In this document: positions 19,845-31,390 of the stretch, piece by piece
How the letters are laid out: each line of letters starts with the position of its first letter
Position numbering within the stretch: position 1 is the first letter of the stretch
Assembly (NCBI RefSeq): GCF_001189535.1
Contig: NZ_CP012070.1
Span: forward strand, 1,563,972 to 1,627,971
Length of the DNA: 64,000 nt
Reading direction: 5' to 3'
Source of the DNA: Arsenicicoccus sp. oral taxon 190
Lineage (GTDB): Bacteria; Actinomycetota; Actinomycetes; Actinomycetales; Dermatophilaceae
The notes under the pieces: model-generated
The model's input: only the letters and a program-made list of their open reading frames with translations
The model's database searches: none
What the model was told of the DNA's origin: nothing
Program-made: the position numbers and the translations under genes

Positions 19845-21512
19845 ATGCGCAAGGGCAGCAGGGCGGGGACGAAGCAGACGCCCCCGGCACCTCAGCAGGC
19901 GGTCGGTGAGCGCGCCCACGTGGCCTTCATCGGGGTCGGCCCCGGCGACCCCGGTCTCGTGACGCTGCGCGCGGCCCAGCTGCTGGCGCAGGCTCAGGTC
20001 GTGGTCGTCGACGGAGCCGACGTGGTCGACCTGGTCCGTCGCCACGCCCGTGACGACGCCGAGCTGCTGACCGACCCCGCCGTCGCCGTGGTGCCCGAGC
20101 AGGGCGCCCCCGAGCAGCCCCGCTCCGCCGAGGGGCGCGAGCAGCGGCTGCTCGACGCCGTGACGTCGCTGGCCGACCCCGGTCTCGTGGTCCGCGTGAT
20201 GAGCGGCGACCCGGGCCTGTTCACCGGGCTGATCCGAGAGTGCCGGGCCCTCGCCGACGCCGGTGTCCCCTTCGAGGTGGTCCCCGGCGTCTCCATGCTC
20301 TCCGCCGTGCCGTTGTATGCCGGGATCCCGCTCACCTCGCCCGAGTCCCCCCGCCTGCACCTGCTCGACAGCTCGCTGCAGCAGGAGCTCGTGGAGTCCG
20401 CGCAGGACGACGTGACCGTGGTGATGCTGGGCACGCCCGGCCGGCTCGTCGACCAGCTGAGCGCCCTGCTGGAGGCGGGCCGAGACGCCGCGACCCCGGT
20501 GGCGCTCACCGACCACGGCTCCACCGCGATGCAGCACACCGACGTCACCACCCTGGGGGACGCGGCGCACGTGCTGGACCGGCTGGGGGAGGACGAGCGG
20601 CTCCTCGCGATCGTCGGCCGCACCGTGGCGCTGCGCACCTCGATGAGCTGGTTCGAGAACAAGCCGCTCTTCGGCTGGCAGGTGCTCGTGCCCCGCACCA
20701 AGGAGCAGGCCGCCGCCACGACCGAGCGGCTCGAGCGCTACGGCGCCCGGCCCACCACCGTCCCGACCCTCAGCATCGAGGCTCCCCGCACCCCGCAGCA
20801 GCTGGAGAAGGCCATCACGGGCCTGGTGACCGGCCGCTACGAGTGGGTGGGCTTCACCAGCGTCAACGCCGTGCGGGCGGTGCGCGAGAAGTTCGACGAG
20901 TACGGCCTCGACGCGCGCTCCTTCGCGGGGCTGCGCATCGCGGCCGTCGGTGGCACCACCTCCGCGGCGCTGCGCGACTGGGGCCTGGTGCCCGACCTGG
21001 TGCCGAGCGGGGAGCAGTCCGCCGCGGGGCTGCTCGAGGAGTGGCCGCCCTACGACGACCTGCTCGACCCCATCAACCGCGTCTTCCTGCCCCGCGCCGA
21101 CATCGCCACCGACACCCTCGTCGCCGGGCTGCAGGAGATGGGCTGGGAGGTGGAGGACGTCACCGCCTACCGCACCGTGCGGGCCGCCCCGCCGCCCGCC
21201 GAGATCCGCGAGGCGATCAAGACCGGGCAGTTCGACGCCGTGGTCTTCACCTCGAGCTCGACCGTGCGCAACCTCGTCGGCATCGCCGGCAAGCCCCACC
21301 GCGCCACCCTCGTCGCCTGCATCGGCCAGGCCACGGCCAAGACCGCCGAGGAGCACGGGCTGCACGTCGACGTCATCGCCCCCGAGGCCAGCTCGGACTC
21401 CCTCGTCGACGCCCTCGCCGGGCTCGGCTACGAGCAGGCGCGGGCGGCCTACGACGCCGGCGACCCCATCGTCCTGCCCAGCAAGCGCCGGCGCCGCCGC
21501 CGCTCCAGCTGA
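19845..21512 (+). CDS. bifunctional uroporphyrinogen-III C-methyltransferase / uroporphyrinogen-III synthase
   Basis: N-term SUMT motif [18 protein letters not shown]; C-terminal HemD-like domain; 555 aa. Confidence 0.85.
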   Translation: MRKGSRAGTKQTPPAPQQAVGERAHVAFIGVGPGDPGLVTLRAAQLLAQAQVVVVDGADVVDLVRRHARDDAELLTDPAVAVVPEQGAPEQPRSAEGREQRLLDAVTSLADPGLVVRVMSGDPGLFTGLIRECRALADAGVPFEVVPGVSMLSAVPLYAGIPLTSPESPRLHLLDSSLQQELVESAQDDVTVVMLGTPGRLVDQLSALLEAGRDAATPVALTDHGSTAMQHTDVTTLGDAAHVLDRLGEDERLLAIVGRTVALRTSMSWFENKPLFGWQVLVPRTKEQAAATTERLERYGARPTTVPTLSIEAPRTPQQLEKAITGLVTGRYEWVGFTSVNAVRAVREKFDEYGLDARSFAGLRIAAVGGTTSAALRDWGLVPDLVPSGEQSAAGLLEEWPPYDDLLDPINRVFLPRADIATDTLVAGLQEMGWEVEDVTAYRTVRAAPPPAEIREAIKTGQFDAVVFTSSSTVRNLVGIAGKPHRATLVACIGQATAKTAEEHGLHVDVIAPEASSDSLVDALAGLGYEQARAAYDAGDPIVLPSKRRRRRRSS

Positions 21513-21586
21513 GCCGGCCCCGAGCCGGTGACGCCCGGGGCAGCGGGCGGCATACGACACCCCACCCACGTCCTGGAGAGGCACTC

Positions 21587-22561
21587 GTGAGCTTTCCCAC
21601 GCACCGCCCCCGTCGCCTGCGGCAGAGCCCCGCGGTCCGGCGCCTCGTCGCGCAGACCCGGCTGCACCCGGCGCAGCTGATCCTGCCGGTCTTCGTGCGG
21701 GAGGGGGCCACCGAGCCACGGCCCATCGGGTCCATGCCCGGCGTGGTGCAGCACTCCCTGGACAGCCTCGAGCAGGCCGCCCGGGAGGCGGCCCGGGCGG
21801 GCGTCGGCGGGATCATGGTCTTCGGGGTCCCCACCAGCAAGGACGCCGTCGGGTCCGGCGCCACCGACCCCGACGGGATCCTCAACGTCGCGCTGCGCCG
21901 GCTGGCCGACACCGTCGGCGACGACCTGGTCGTGATGGCCGACCTGTGCCTGGACGAGTTCACCGACCACGGCCACTGCGGGGTCCTCGACGACCGCGGC
22001 CGGGTCGACAACGACGCCACCCTGGAGCGGTACGCCGCGATGGGCATCGCCCAGGCCGAGGCCGGCGCCATCGTCGTGGGCCTGTCCGGGATGATGGACG
22101 GCCAGGTCGGCCACGTGCGCCAGGCCCTCGACGACGCCGGCCGCACCGACACCATCCTGCTCGCCTACGCCGCGAAGTACGCGTCCGGCTACTACGGCCC
22201 CTTCCGCGAGGCCGTCGCCAGCTCGCTGCAGGGCGACCGCGCCACCTACCAGCAGGACCCCGCCAACTTCACCGAGTCGCTGCGCGAGACCCGCCTCGAC
22301 ATCGAGGAGGGCGCCGACATGGTCATGGTCAAGCCGGCGCTGCCCTACCTCGACGTCCTCGCGGCGGTCGCGGCCGAGTCGACCGTGCCGGTGTCCGCCT
22401 ACCAGGTGTCGGGGGAGTATGCCCAGATCGAGGCCGCCGCCGCCCAGGGCTGGATCGACCGCGAGCGCGTCGCCCTGGAGTCGCTGACGAGCATCCACCG
22501 GGCCGGCGCCGCGCAGATCCTCACCTACTACGCGACCGAGGCCGCCGGCTGGATCTCGTGA
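21587..22561 (+). CDS. hemB: porphobilinogen synthase (delta-aminolevulinic acid dehydratase)
   Basis: [15 protein letters not shown]..., active-site region [11 protein letters not shown]; GTG 21587 with GGAGAG RBS. Confidence 0.9.
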   Translation: MSFPTHRPRRLRQSPAVRRLVAQTRLHPAQLILPVFVREGATEPRPIGSMPGVVQHSLDSLEQAAREAARAGVGGIMVFGVPTSKDAVGSGATDPDGILNVALRRLADTVGDDLVVMADLCLDEFTDHGHCGVLDDRGRVDNDATLERYAAMGIAQAEAGAIVVGLSGMMDGQVGHVRQALDDAGRTDTILLAYAAKYASGYYGPFREAVASSLQGDRATYQQDPANFTESLRETRLDIEEGADMVMVKPALPYLDVLAAVAAESTVPVSAYQVSGEYAQIEAAAAQGWIDRERVALESLTSIHRAGAAQILTYYATEAAGWIS

Positions 22562-22660
22562 CCGTGCGCGGACCGGGCCCGGGGGTTCGCTAGTCTGTGC
22601 GGATGGGTGCGGCGTCGGCCGTGACCACGGGGAGCCGGGTGAGGACGAACGGGGAAGACG

Positions 22661-23158
22661 TTGGCGGAGGACGTGCGGTGGCTCAGCGCGACCGAGCAGG
22701 TCGCGTGGCGCGCCTACCTGCGGGGCCAGCGGCTGCTGGAGGTCGCTCTGGACAAGGACCTGCAGGCCCACGGGGTGTCGCTGTCGGAGTACGAGATCCT
22801 CTCGATGCTGTCCGAGCAGCCCGGCCGCCGGCAGCGCATGTCCGAGCTCGCCGCCCTCGTGGTGCAGTCACGCTCCCGGCTCACCCACACCGCCAACCGG
22901 CTCGAGGGACGCGGCTGGGTCGAGCGGCACCCGGTGCCCGGTGACGGCCGCGGGGTGGAGCTGGTGCTCACCGAGGCCGGGTTCGCGGCGCTCGTCGAGA
23001 TGGCCCCGGTGCACGTCGAGAGCGTCCGGCGGCACTGGCTCGACGCCCTGCCGCCCGAGCTGGTGACGGCGCTCGGCGACGCCATGGCCCGGGTGCGCGA
23101 CGACCTCGGGACCACCCAGCAGCAGCGGGCCGAGGCCGACCGGATCGCCCGCGGCTGA
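22661..23158 (+). CDS. MarR family transcriptional regulator
   Basis: w[54 protein letters not shown]; TTG/GTG start uncertain. Confidence 0.8.
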   Translation: MAEDVRWLSATEQVAWRAYLRGQRLLEVALDKDLQAHGVSLSEYEILSMLSEQPGRRQRMSELAALVVQSRSRLTHTANRLEGRGWVERHPVPGDGRGVELVLTEAGFAALVEMAPVHVESVRRHWLDALPPELVTALGDAMARVRDDLGTTQQQRAEADRIARG

Positions 23159-23261
23159 CCCCTCCCTCGGGTCGCCTGCCCGGCCGTATGCCGCGCTCCC
23201 GGCCGCCCGTCACCGTGGTGAGGTTTGGCCCGGCGGTGGCCCCGGCGCGAGACTAGGACCC

Positions 23262-24608
23262 ATGACCACGTCGCCGCCGGCATACCCCCTGGCCGCCCCC
23301 GCCTCGCAGGCCCTCTTCGAGCGGGCGGCCGCCGTGATCCCGGGGGGCGTCAACTCGCCGGTCCGGGCGTTCCGCTCAGTCGGGGGGACCCCGAGGTTCA
23401 TGGCGAGCGCGCGCGGCCCCTACCTCACCGACGTCGACGGCCGGGAGTACGTCGACCTGCTGTGCTCATGGGGGCCGATGATCCTCGGGCACCAGCACCC
23501 CGCGGTGCTGGAGGCGGTGCAGGAGGCCGCGACCAAGGGCTTCTCCTACGGCACCCCCAGCGAGAACGAGCTGCTGCTCGCCGAGGCCATCGTCAACCGG
23601 GTCGAGCCGGTCGAGCAGGTGCGGCTGGTCTCCAGCGGCACCGAGGCGACGATGAGCGCGCTGCGGCTGGCGCGAGGCTTCACCGGGCGGTCGGCGGTCG
23701 TGAAGTTCGCCGGCTGCTACCACGGCCACGTCGACGCCCTGCTCGCGCACGCCGGCAGCGGGGTCGCGACCTTCGCCCTGCCCGACTCGGCCGGGGTGCC
23801 GGCCAGCTCGGCCGGCGAGACGATCGTGCTGCCCTACAACGACGTCCGTGCCCTGGAGGAGGCCTTCCGGGAGCGCGGTGACCAGATCGCCGCGGTCATC
23901 ACCGAGGCCGCGCCGGGCAACATGGGCATGGTGCCGCCCGCCCCCGGCTTCACCGAGGCGCTGCGCCGCGTGACCCAGGAGCACGGCGCGCTGCTGATCA
24001 GCGACGAGGTGATGACGGGCTTCCGCGCGTCCGCGGCGGGGTGGTACGGCCTGGAGGGGCCCACGACCTTCGGCGCGCCGGACCTGTTCACCTTCGGCAA
24101 GGTCATGGGCGGCGGCTTCCCCGCGGCGGCCTTCGGGGGCCGCCGGGACGTGATGGCGCACCTGGCCCCGGCCGGGCCCGTCTACCAGGCCGGCACGCTG
24201 TCCGGCAACCCCGTGGCCACGGCGGCCGGCCTCGCGACGCTGCGCGGCTGCACCCCGGCGGTCTACGAGCGCCTCGAGACGGTGGCCCACGCCATCGCCG
24301 ACGGCGTCACCGCCGAGCTGTCCGCCGTGGGCGTGCCGCACACGATCCAGTGGGCCGGGTCGATGTTCTCGGTGTTCTTCCGCGAGGGGCCGGTCCTCGG
24401 TTACGCCGACGCCCAGCAGCAGGACACGCAGGCCTTCGCGCGGTTCTTCCACGCCATGCTCAGCCAGGGCGTGCACCTGCCGCCGAGCGCCTACGAGTGC
24501 TGGTTCGTGAGCGCGGCGCACGACGACGAGGCGGTGGACCGGGTGCTGACCGCGCTGCCGGCCGCTGCCAGGGCAGCCTCAGCGGCCGATGGTACGGTGG
24601 GCGCATGA
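23262..24608 (+). CDS. hemL: glutamate-1-semialdehyde 2,1-aminomutase
   Basis: class III aminotransferase motifs; [10 protein letters not shown]; 448 aa. Confidence 0.9.
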   Translation: MTTSPPAYPLAAPASQALFERAAAVIPGGVNSPVRAFRSVGGTPRFMASARGPYLTDVDGREYVDLLCSWGPMILGHQHPAVLEAVQEAATKGFSYGTPSENELLLAEAIVNRVEPVEQVRLVSSGTEATMSALRLARGFTGRSAVVKFAGCYHGHVDALLAHAGSGVATFALPDSAGVPASSAGETIVLPYNDVRALEEAFRERGDQIAAVITEAAPGNMGMVPPAPGFTEALRRVTQEHGALLISDEVMTGFRASAAGWYGLEGPTTFGAPDLFTFGKVMGGGFPAAAFGGRRDVMAHLAPAGPVYQAGTLSGNPVATAAGLATLRGCTPAVYERLETVAHAIADGVTAELSAVGVPHTIQWAGSMFSVFFREGPVLGYADAQQQDTQAFARFFHAMLSQGVHLPPSAYECWFVSAAHDDEAVDRVLTALPAAARAASAADGTVGA

Positions 24609-25252
24609 CGATGCCCGAGCGCACCGTGGTGCACCTCGTGCGTCACGGGGAGGTGCACAACCCCGACAAGCTGCTCTACGGCCGGCTGCCGGACTTCCAC
24701 CTGTCCGAGCTGGGGGTCCGGATGGCCGAGATGATCGCGACCTCCCTGGACGGGCACGACGTCGCGCTGGTCGTCGCCTCCCCGCTGGAGCGCGCGCAGG
24801 AGACCGCCCGGCCCACGGCCGAGCGGTTCGGGCTGCCGATCCTGACCGACAGCCGGCTGATCGAGGCGGGCAACCACTTCGAGGGCCGCCGGTTCGGCCA
24901 CGGGCAGGGGTCGCTGCGGCACCCCGGCAATTGGTGGCTGGTCCGCAACCCCTTCAGGCCGTCCTGGGGCGAGCCCTACCGCCAGATCGCCCGGCGCATG
25001 GAGCAGGCCGCCGACGCCGCCCGCCGCCAGGCACCCGGCCGCGAGGTCGTCCTCGTCTCCCACCAGCTGCCGGTGTGGACGCTGCGGCGCCACCTCGAGG
25101 GACGCCCGCTGTGGCACGACCCCCGCAACCGGCAGTGCACCCTGGCCAGCCTGACCAGCCTGCACTACGAGGGCGACCGGCTGGACGCCATCGTCTACAG
25201 CGAGCCCGCCGCGTCGCTGCTGCCCGTGGCCGAGCCGTCGGTCGGGGCATGA
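24605..25252 (+). CDS. histidine phosphatase family protein (phosphoglycerate-mutase-like)
   Basis: LVRHGEVHN catalytic RHG motif; ATGA overlap with hemL. Confidence 0.8.
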   Translation: MTMPERTVVHLVRHGEVHNPDKLLYGRLPDFHLSELGVRMAEMIATSLDGHDVALVVASPLERAQETARPTAERFGLPILTDSRLIEAGNHFEGRRFGHGQGSLRHPGNWWLVRNPFRPSWGEPYRQIARRMEQAADAARRQAPGREVVLVSHQLPVWTLRRHLEGRPLWHDPRNRQCTLASLTSLHYEGDRLDAIVYSEPAASLLPVAEPSVGA

Positions 25253-25854
25253 GGCCCGGTCGGCGCGCCCTGACCGCCCTGCTCGCCGCGACTCTCGTGG
25301 GCGCGTCGCTGGCGGGCTGCGGCGAGGACCCCGGCTCGGTCAACGCTCAGGCGCGGGCCGGCGACCAGAAGGGCTACCTCTCCGGCGACGGCTCCATCGA
25401 GCGGCTCGCCGCGGACAAGCGCCAGGCACCCGTCGCGCTGCGCGGCACCACGCTGGACGGCAAGCCGTGGGACGCGGCCTCCCGCCGCGGCCACGTCGTC
25501 GTGCTCAACCTGTGGGCGTCCTGGTGCCCGCCCTGCGTGGCCGAGCAGCCCCGCCTCGACGCGCTGCACGCCGAGCTCGCCAAGACCCAGCCCACCGTGG
25601 AGATGATGGGCATCCACGCCGGGCGCGAGTCCAGCGACAACGCCAGGGACTTCGCCACCGGCCACCGGGTGCCCTACCCCACGCTGGCCTACGACGGCCA
25701 GACCGTCCTCGCGCTGCAGGGCAAGGCGCCCTCCCCGCCCACGACGCTGGTCCTGGACAAGCAGGGGCGGATCGCGGCGCGGGTGCTCGGGCCGATCACG
25801 GCGGAGCGCACCGTGGCCGACCTCGTCGCCGACGTCGCCAAGGAAGCCGGGTGA
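25249..25854 (+). CDS. TlpA/ResA-family thiol-disulfide oxidoreductase lipoprotein
   Basis: lipobox LVGASLAGC; WCPPC thioredoxin active site. Confidence 0.8.
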   Translation: MRPGRRALTALLAATLVGASLAGCGEDPGSVNAQARAGDQKGYLSGDGSIERLAADKRQAPVALRGTTLDGKPWDAASRRGHVVVLNLWASWCPPCVAEQPRLDALHAELAKTQPTVEMMGIHAGRESSDNARDFATGHRVPYPTLAYDGQTVLALQGKAPSPPTTLVLDKQGRIAARVLGPITAERTVADLVADVAKEAG

Positions 25855-26615
25855 TCACCGGGCCCACCGACGTGATCGCCGAGGGGACCCTCCCGCTCGC
25901 CGCTCTCGTCGCGCTCGTCGCCGGTGCCGTGTCCTTCCTGTCGCCGTGCGTGCTGCCGCTGGTGCCGGGCTTCCTGGGCTACGTGACCGGGCTGGGGGAG
26001 ACCAGCCTGCAGGAGCGGCGCGTGCGCCGGATGCTCGGCGGCACCACGCTCTTCGTGCTCGGCTTCACCCTGGTCTTCGTGCCGCTCGTGATCCTGGTGG
26101 TCTCGTCGTTGTCGGTGCTGCTGCGCGACCACCGCGAGCTGCTGGTGCGGGTGGGCGGCGCCGTGGTGCTGCTGCTGGCGCTCGTCTTCGCGGGGGTGGG
26201 CACGCAGCGGCAGGTCAAGGTCGGGTGGCGACCCGCCGCCGGCCTCGCCGGGGCCCCGCTCCTGGGCGCCGCCTTCGCCCTCGGCTGGACCCCGTGCATC
26301 GGCCCCACCCTCGGCGCCGTCATGGCCCTCGGCAGCCCCCTGGACGACAGCCAGACCGGGCCGCTGCTGCGCGGGGCCGTGCTCGGCGTCGCCTACTGCC
26401 TCGGCCTCGGCCTGCCCTTCCTGGCGCTGGCCGGCGGCTACTCCCGGCTGGTGGGCGCCTGGTCGGCGCTGCGCCGCCACCAGCGGGCCCTGCAGCTGGC
26501 CGGCGCCGCGCTGCTGGCGCTGCTCGGCCTGCTGATGCTGCTGGGCCTGTGGGAGCCCCTCATGTCGGGGCTGCAGCAGCGCTTGATCGACGTCTTCGGA
26601 GACCCGGTGATCTGA
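25851..26615 (+). CDS. ccdA: cytochrome c biogenesis protein CcdA
   Basis: two conserved Cys in TM1/TM4 (FLSPCVLP, GWTPCIGP); 6 TM. Confidence 0.85.
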   Translation: MITGPTDVIAEGTLPLAALVALVAGAVSFLSPCVLPLVPGFLGYVTGLGETSLQERRVRRMLGGTTLFVLGFTLVFVPLVILVVSSLSVLLRDHRELLVRVGGAVVLLLALVFAGVGTQRQVKVGWRPAAGLAGAPLLGAAFALGWTPCIGPTLGAVMALGSPLDDSQTGPLLRGAVLGVAYCLGLGLPFLALAGGYSRLVGAWSALRRHQRALQLAGAALLALLGLLMLLGLWEPLMSGLQQRLIDVFGDPVI

Positions 26616-28303
26616 TGCCCGCCACCACCCGTGACCGCACCGACATCGCCCAGCCCCGGCTGGGCCCGCTCGGCTGGGCCCGCTGGGCCTGGCGGCAGCT
26701 CACGAGCATGCGCACCGCGCTGCTCCTGCTGCTGCTGCTCGCCGTGGCCGCCATCCCCGGCTCGGTCTTCCCGCAGCGCGACATCGACCCCGTCAAGGTC
26801 CGCACCTACCTCGACCAGCACAAGAGCCTCGGGCCCTGGATGGACCGGGCGTCGCTCTTCGACGTCTACGCCTCCCCGTGGTTCGCGGCCGTCTACCTGC
26901 TCCTCTTCATCTCCCTGGTCGGGTGCGTCGTGCCGCGCCTCGGCATCCTGTGGCGCGAGCTGCGCGCCCAGCCGCCGCGCGCCCCGCGGCGCCTGGACCG
27001 CTTCCCCGAGCACCGGCAGGTCGACCTCGGCGACGTCGACCCCGCCCACGCCCTCACCACCGCCCGGGAGCTGCTGCGCGAGCGCCGCTACCGGGTGCGC
27101 GCGGGCGGGCGGGAGACCGGGGACGGGGCCTCGGCGGCGCGCGGGACGGCGACCGACGAGGACGGCGGGCGCGCGGCATACGGCCTGCTGACCGACGGGG
27201 TGTCGGGAGAGCGGGGCTACCTGCGCGAGGCGGGCAACCTGCTCTTCCACCTGGCGCTGCTCGTGGTCATCGTCGCGGTCGCCGTCGGCCACCTGCTCGG
27301 CTGGCGCGTCGACGCGATCGTGCCCGAGGGCGAGACCTTCGCCAACACGACCAGCCAGCACGACACCTTCTCCAAGGGGCCGTGGGTGGACGAGGAGTCG
27401 CTGCCGCCGTTCACGGTGCGCATCGACAAGGTGACCGTCGAGTTCGAGACCCAGCTCAAGGGCAAGCAGTTCGGCCAGCCGCGGTCCTTCGCGGCGGACA
27501 CCACCACCCGCGCCGAGCCCGGCGCCCCCGAGAAGCCGCAGCGGCTCGAGGTCAACCACCCGCTGAGCTTCGGCCAGTCCTCGGTCTACCTGCTCGGCAA
27601 CGGCTACGCGCCCGTCATCGTCGTCAAGGACGCCCAGGGGCGCCAGGTCTACGACCAGGCGACGGTCTTCCGGCCGCAGGACAACAACTACACGTCCACC
27701 GGCGCCGTCAAGGTGTCCGCGCTGCCGGAGGGCAAGCAGCTGGGCTTCCTCGGGATGTTCGCGCCGACCATCTCCGACGCCGGGCTGCGCGCGATGCCGC
27801 AGAGCGACTTCCCGGCGCCCGCGGCGCCGGGGCTGCTGCTGGAGATGTGGGAGGGGACGCTCTTCCCCGACGGGCGCCCACAGTCCGTCTACACCCTCGA
27901 GACCTCCGCCATGAAGCAGCCCAAGACCGCCTCCGGCCTGCCGGTCCGGCTCGCGCTGCGCCCCGGCGAGACCCAGCAGCTGCCCGGCGGGCGCGGCTCG
28001 GTGACCTTCGAGGGCTACAAGCGCTTCGCCGGCCTGTCGGTGCGCCACGACCCGGGCAAGCCGGTGGCGCTCGCGGGCGCCGCGCTCGTGCTCGTCGGCC
28101 TGATCATGTCGCTGCTGATCCGACGCCGACGCGCCTTCGTGCGGGTCACCGACCGCGAAGGACGTAGGCTGCTGGAGGTGGCCGGTCTCTCCAAGAGCGA
28201 GGACCCCCGCCTCGGTGACGCCGTCGACGACCTGACCGCGGAGCTCTGCTCCCGGCTCGGCCTGGCTGCACCCGCCCGCCCTCTCGAGGAGACCGTCCGA
28301 TGA
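26615..28303 (+). CDS. resB: cytochrome c biogenesis protein ResB (Ccs1)
   Basis: ATG 26615 overlaps ccdA stop; ResB family N-terminal TM + large periplasmic domain. Confidence 0.85.
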   Translation: MPATTRDRTDIAQPRLGPLGWARWAWRQLTSMRTALLLLLLLAVAAIPGSVFPQRDIDPVKVRTYLDQHKSLGPWMDRASLFDVYASPWFAAVYLLLFISLVGCVVPRLGILWRELRAQPPRAPRRLDRFPEHRQVDLGDVDPAHALTTARELLRERRYRVRAGGRETGDGASAARGTATDEDGGRAAYGLLTDGVSGERGYLREAGNLLFHLALLVVIVAVAVGHLLGWRVDAIVPEGETFANTTSQHDTFSKGPWVDEESLPPFTVRIDKVTVEFETQLKGKQFGQPRSFAADTTTRAEPGAPEKPQRLEVNHPLSFGQSSVYLLGNGYAPVIVVKDAQGRQVYDQATVFRPQDNNYTSTGAVKVSALPEGKQLGFLGMFAPTISDAGLRAMPQSDFPAPAAPGLLLEMWEGTLFPDGRPQSVYTLETSAMKQPKTASGLPVRLALRPGETQQLPGGRGSVTFEGYKRFAGLSVRHDPGKPVALAGAALVLVGLIMSLLIRRRRAFVRVTDREGRRLLEVAGLSKSEDPRLGDAVDDLTAELCSRLGLAAPARPLEETVR

Positions 28304-29307
28304 CCCCCCAGACCCTCGCCGACCTCTCCAACCTCAGCGTCTACTCCGCGCTCGTGGTGCTGGGGCTGGCCTTCGTCGCCTTCGCGGTCGACCTTGCCCG
28401 CACCCGCAGCCGGGCCATGGTCGACGAGCAGGGCCGTATGCCGAGCGCCCACCCGACCGCCGTGGCCGCCGCCTCGGGCGGGACCACCGACACCCTGGTC
28501 CGGACCGACACCGCCGCCCGGGACGACGCTGCGGCCGCCGGTCGGCGGCCCGCGGCGGGGATCGGCCTGTCGCTGACCCGCCTCGCGGCGCTGCTGCTCG
28601 TCGCGGCGGTGGTGCTGCGCGCGCTGTCCGTGATGCGGCCCCCGTGGGGCAACCTCTACGAGTACCTCCTCACCGCGTCGACCGCCATCGCCGTGGTGTA
28701 CGTGGTGCTGTCGCTGCGCCGGGACATGCGCTGGCTCGGGATCTTCGTCACCGCGCTGATCATGCTGATCCTGGGGCCGGCGCTGTCGGTCTACACCGAG
28801 GCCGGCCAGCTGATGCCGTCGCTGCGGTCCTACTGGCTCGTGGTGCACGTGTCGATCGCGATCCTCGCCACCGCGATGTTCGCGATCGGCGCCGCGCTGG
28901 GCGTGCTCTACCTCGTGCAGGACACCAGCGAGCGCCGGCGGCGCGCCGGGGCCTCGCTCGGCGCGTGGCGCCAGACCCTGCTCGCCGCCGTCCCCGGCTC
29001 GCGGGCCCTGGACCGCATGGCCTACGGCCTGCACGTCGTGGCGTTCCCGCTGTGGACCTTCACCGTCATCGCCGGCGCGATCTGGGCCGAGAAGGCCTGG
29101 GGCCGCTACTGGGGCTGGGACCCCAAGGAGGTGTGGTCGTTCATCATCTGGGTGGTCTACGCCGCCTACCTTCACGCCCGGGCCACCACCGGGTGGAAGA
29201 CCCGCTCGGCGACCTGGATCGCGCTCGCCGGCTTCCTGTGCATCGTCATGAACTCGTTCGTCGTCAACAAGTTCATGTCCGGCATGCACTCCTACTCCGG
29301 GATGTGA
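28300..29307 (+). CDS. ccsB: c-type cytochrome biogenesis protein CcsB/ResC (heme export)
   Basis: WGxxWxWD tryptophan-rich heme-handling motif (WGRYWGWDPKEVW). Confidence 0.85.
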   Translation: MTPQTLADLSNLSVYSALVVLGLAFVAFAVDLARTRSRAMVDEQGRMPSAHPTAVAAASGGTTDTLVRTDTAARDDAAAAGRRPAAGIGLSLTRLAALLLVAAVVLRALSVMRPPWGNLYEYLLTASTAIAVVYVVLSLRRDMRWLGIFVTALIMLILGPALSVYTEAGQLMPSLRSYWLVVHVSIAILATAMFAIGAALGVLYLVQDTSERRRRAGASLGAWRQTLLAAVPGSRALDRMAYGLHVVAFPLWTFTVIAGAIWAEKAWGRYWGWDPKEVWSFIIWVVYAAYLHARATTGWKTRSATWIALAGFLCIVMNSFVVNKFMSGMHSYSGM

Positions 29308-29312
29308 CCGAG

Positions 29313-29648
29313 ATGAACCCTGGGCTGCGCTACTCCCTGCTCCGGCTGCTGCTGTTCTTCGGCTGCCTGATCGCCCTGTGGCTGGTCGGGCTGCGCGGCA
29401 TCGCGCTGGTCGTCGCCGCCGGCCTGCTCTCCATGGTCGTGTCGGTGTGGACGCTGCGCGGACCGCGCGAGGAGTTCAGCGCCCGCATCGCCTCGCGGGT
29501 GGACGAGCGCGCCGCCCGCGCCGAGGAGCGCGGCGCCCACCGGGTCTCCGACGAGGAGGCCGAGGAGGCCGAGCTGCGCCGGCAGGCCCCGGGCAGCGAC
29601 CGCGGGGGCGAGCCGGAGGCCCGAGGCCGGGACACCGGCCGGCCATGA
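29313..29648 (+). CDS. DUF4229 small membrane protein
   Basis: two N-terminal TM helices then charged tail; conserved position after ccsB. Confidence 0.6.
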   Translation: MNPGLRYSLLRLLLFFGCLIALWLVGLRGIALVVAAGLLSMVVSVWTLRGPREEFSARIASRVDERAARAEERGAHRVSDEEAEEAELRRQAPGSDRGGEPEARGRDTGRP

Positions 29649-30280
29649 CGCTCGCCGGCGCCGTCGCGTCGTTCGCGGTCGTCGCGGGGCTCATGACCCT
29701 CACCCCGGGCCTGGACACGGCCCTGGTGCTGCGCACCGCCACACGTCGGGGGCGCCGGGCCGCCGCCGCGGCAGCCCTCGGGATCAGCGCGGGCGTGCTG
29801 GTGTGGGCCGTGGCCGCAGCCGTGGGGGTGTCGGCGCTGCTGACCGCCTCGGCGACGGCCTACGCCGTGGTGCGATACGGGGGAGCGGCATACATGCTGT
29901 GGCTCGGCGTGGGGATGCTGCGCGCGGCCTGGCGCGGGGAGTCGCACCAGCCGGACGAGGCGACGGTGCGGACCGGCTCGACGGCCTGGGCCGCCTTCCG
30001 ACAGGGGCTGCTGGTCAACCTGATGAACCCCAAGGTCGGGGCGTTCTACGTCGCGCTGCTCCCGCAGTTCATCCCGCAGGGCGACTCGGCGGGGCTCGTG
30101 GGCGCGCTGCTCGGGTTGGTGCACACCGCCGAGGGGATGGTGTGGTTCGCCCTGCTGATCCTCGCGGTGGACCGGATGCGCGGTTGGCTGGCGCGGCCGG
30201 CGGCGCAGCGTTGGATCGACGGCGTCGCCGGGACGGCCGTCGTGGGCTTCGGGCTGCGGCTCGGGTTGTCGCGGGCCTGA
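29645..30280 (+). CDS. LysE/RhtB family amino-acid exporter
   Basis: LysE-type translocator topology and motifs (GLDTALVL, NPKVGAFY). Confidence 0.8.
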   Translation: MTLAGAVASFAVVAGLMTLTPGLDTALVLRTATRRGRRAAAAAALGISAGVLVWAVAAAVGVSALLTASATAYAVVRYGGAAYMLWLGVGMLRAAWRGESHQPDEATVRTGSTAWAAFRQGLLVNLMNPKVGAFYVALLPQFIPQGDSAGLVGALLGLVHTAEGMVWFALLILAVDRMRGWLARPAAQRWIDGVAGTAVVGFGLRLGLSRA

Positions 30281-30304
30281 CCGCGGCTGCGGTGCCGTCC
30301 CGCG

Positions 30305-31183
30305 TCAGCGGATGGCGAGGCCGACCGTGAGCAGCGCGCCGTAGGTCAGCGCCACTAGACCGGTGGCGGCGAGCACCGCGACCAGCTCCTTGCCGGTCGC
30401 ACCGGTGAGCACGGCGCGGACGGGTCGGATCGCGGGCGCGAGCCCCAGCAGCGCGAGCAGGGCCCACAGGTGGCCGGCCCAGGCGGCGACCCCGGTGCAG
30501 ATCGCCGGGACGGCCACGAGCAGGGCGACGTAGAACCAGCGCGTGCTGCGGTCGCCGAGACGCACGGCGAGGGTCCGCTTGCCGGCCACCTCGTCCCCGG
30601 CGCGGTCGCGCAGGTTGTTGGCGACGAGGACGGCCGTGATGATCGAGCCGATGCCGACGGCGCCCGCCCAGGTCCCGGCATCGACCGTCTTGACCTGGGT
30701 GTAGGTCGTGCACACGGTGGCCACGAGCCCGAAGAACACGAAGACGAAGACCTCGCCGAGGCCCGCGTAGCCGTAGGGCCGCCTGCCGCCGGTGTAGAAC
30801 CACGCCGCCAGGACCGCCGCCGCGCCGAGCAGCAGCAGCCAGGTCACCCCCGACAGGCCCATCAGGGCGAGCCCGGCGAGGCAGGCGAGGCCGAAGCAGG
30901 CGAAGGCGGCGTACTTGACCAGCAGGGGTGGGGCGAGGCGCTGGCCCACGAGCCGCACCGGTCCCACCCGCTCGGCGTCGGTGCCGCGGATCCCGTCGCT
31001 GTAGTCGTTGGCGTAGTTGACGCCGATCTGCAGGAAGAGCGCGACGAGCAGGGCCAGCAGCGCGAGGGCGGCGTCCCAGTGGCCGAGCCCCGCGGCGGAT
31101 CCGGTGCCGACGGCGACGGGAGCGAGGGCTGCGGGCAGGGTGCGCGGGCGAGCGCCCTCGACCCACTGGGAGAACGTGGCCAT
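30305..31183 (-). CDS. menA: 1,4-dihydroxy-2-naphthoate polyprenyltransferase
   Basis: UbiA family motif NYANDYSDGIRGTD; 292 aa. Confidence 0.85.
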   Translation of the reverse strand: MATFSQWVEGARPRTLPAALAPVAVGTGSAAGLGHWDAALALLALLVALFLQIGVNYANDYSDGIRGTDAERVGPVRLVGQRLAPPLLVKYAAFACFGLACLAGLALMGLSGVTWLLLLGAAAVLAAWFYTGGRRPYGYAGLGEVFVFVFFGLVATVCTTYTQVKTVDAGTWAGAVGIGSIITAVLVANNLRDRAGDEVAGKRTLAVRLGDRSTRWFYVALLVAVPAICTGVAAWAGHLWALLALLGLAPAIRPVRAVLTGATGKELVAVLAATGLVALTYGALLTVGLAIR

Positions 31184-31390
31184 GGGAGCATTCTCTCGTG
31201 ATCGAGACACTCGACGGGTCACGGCGCGCGGCGCGGGTCCGCCCGAACGGGTGGAGTCCCTGTCCCGGTAGGCCGTCGAGGGGACCCTCGGCCTCGGGAA
31301 CGCGCAGGTCGGACATATCGTCGGATCCGTGTCGACCGGCCGTGGTGGCCGGTCCCGTCGCGTCGTCGGTGACGCAGACGGTGCGGTCCC

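Noticed and set aside
26631-27191. 186-aa plus-strand ORF inside resB
   Set aside because: Out of frame with resB, which has the coherent Ccs1 sequence in the neighbouring frame.
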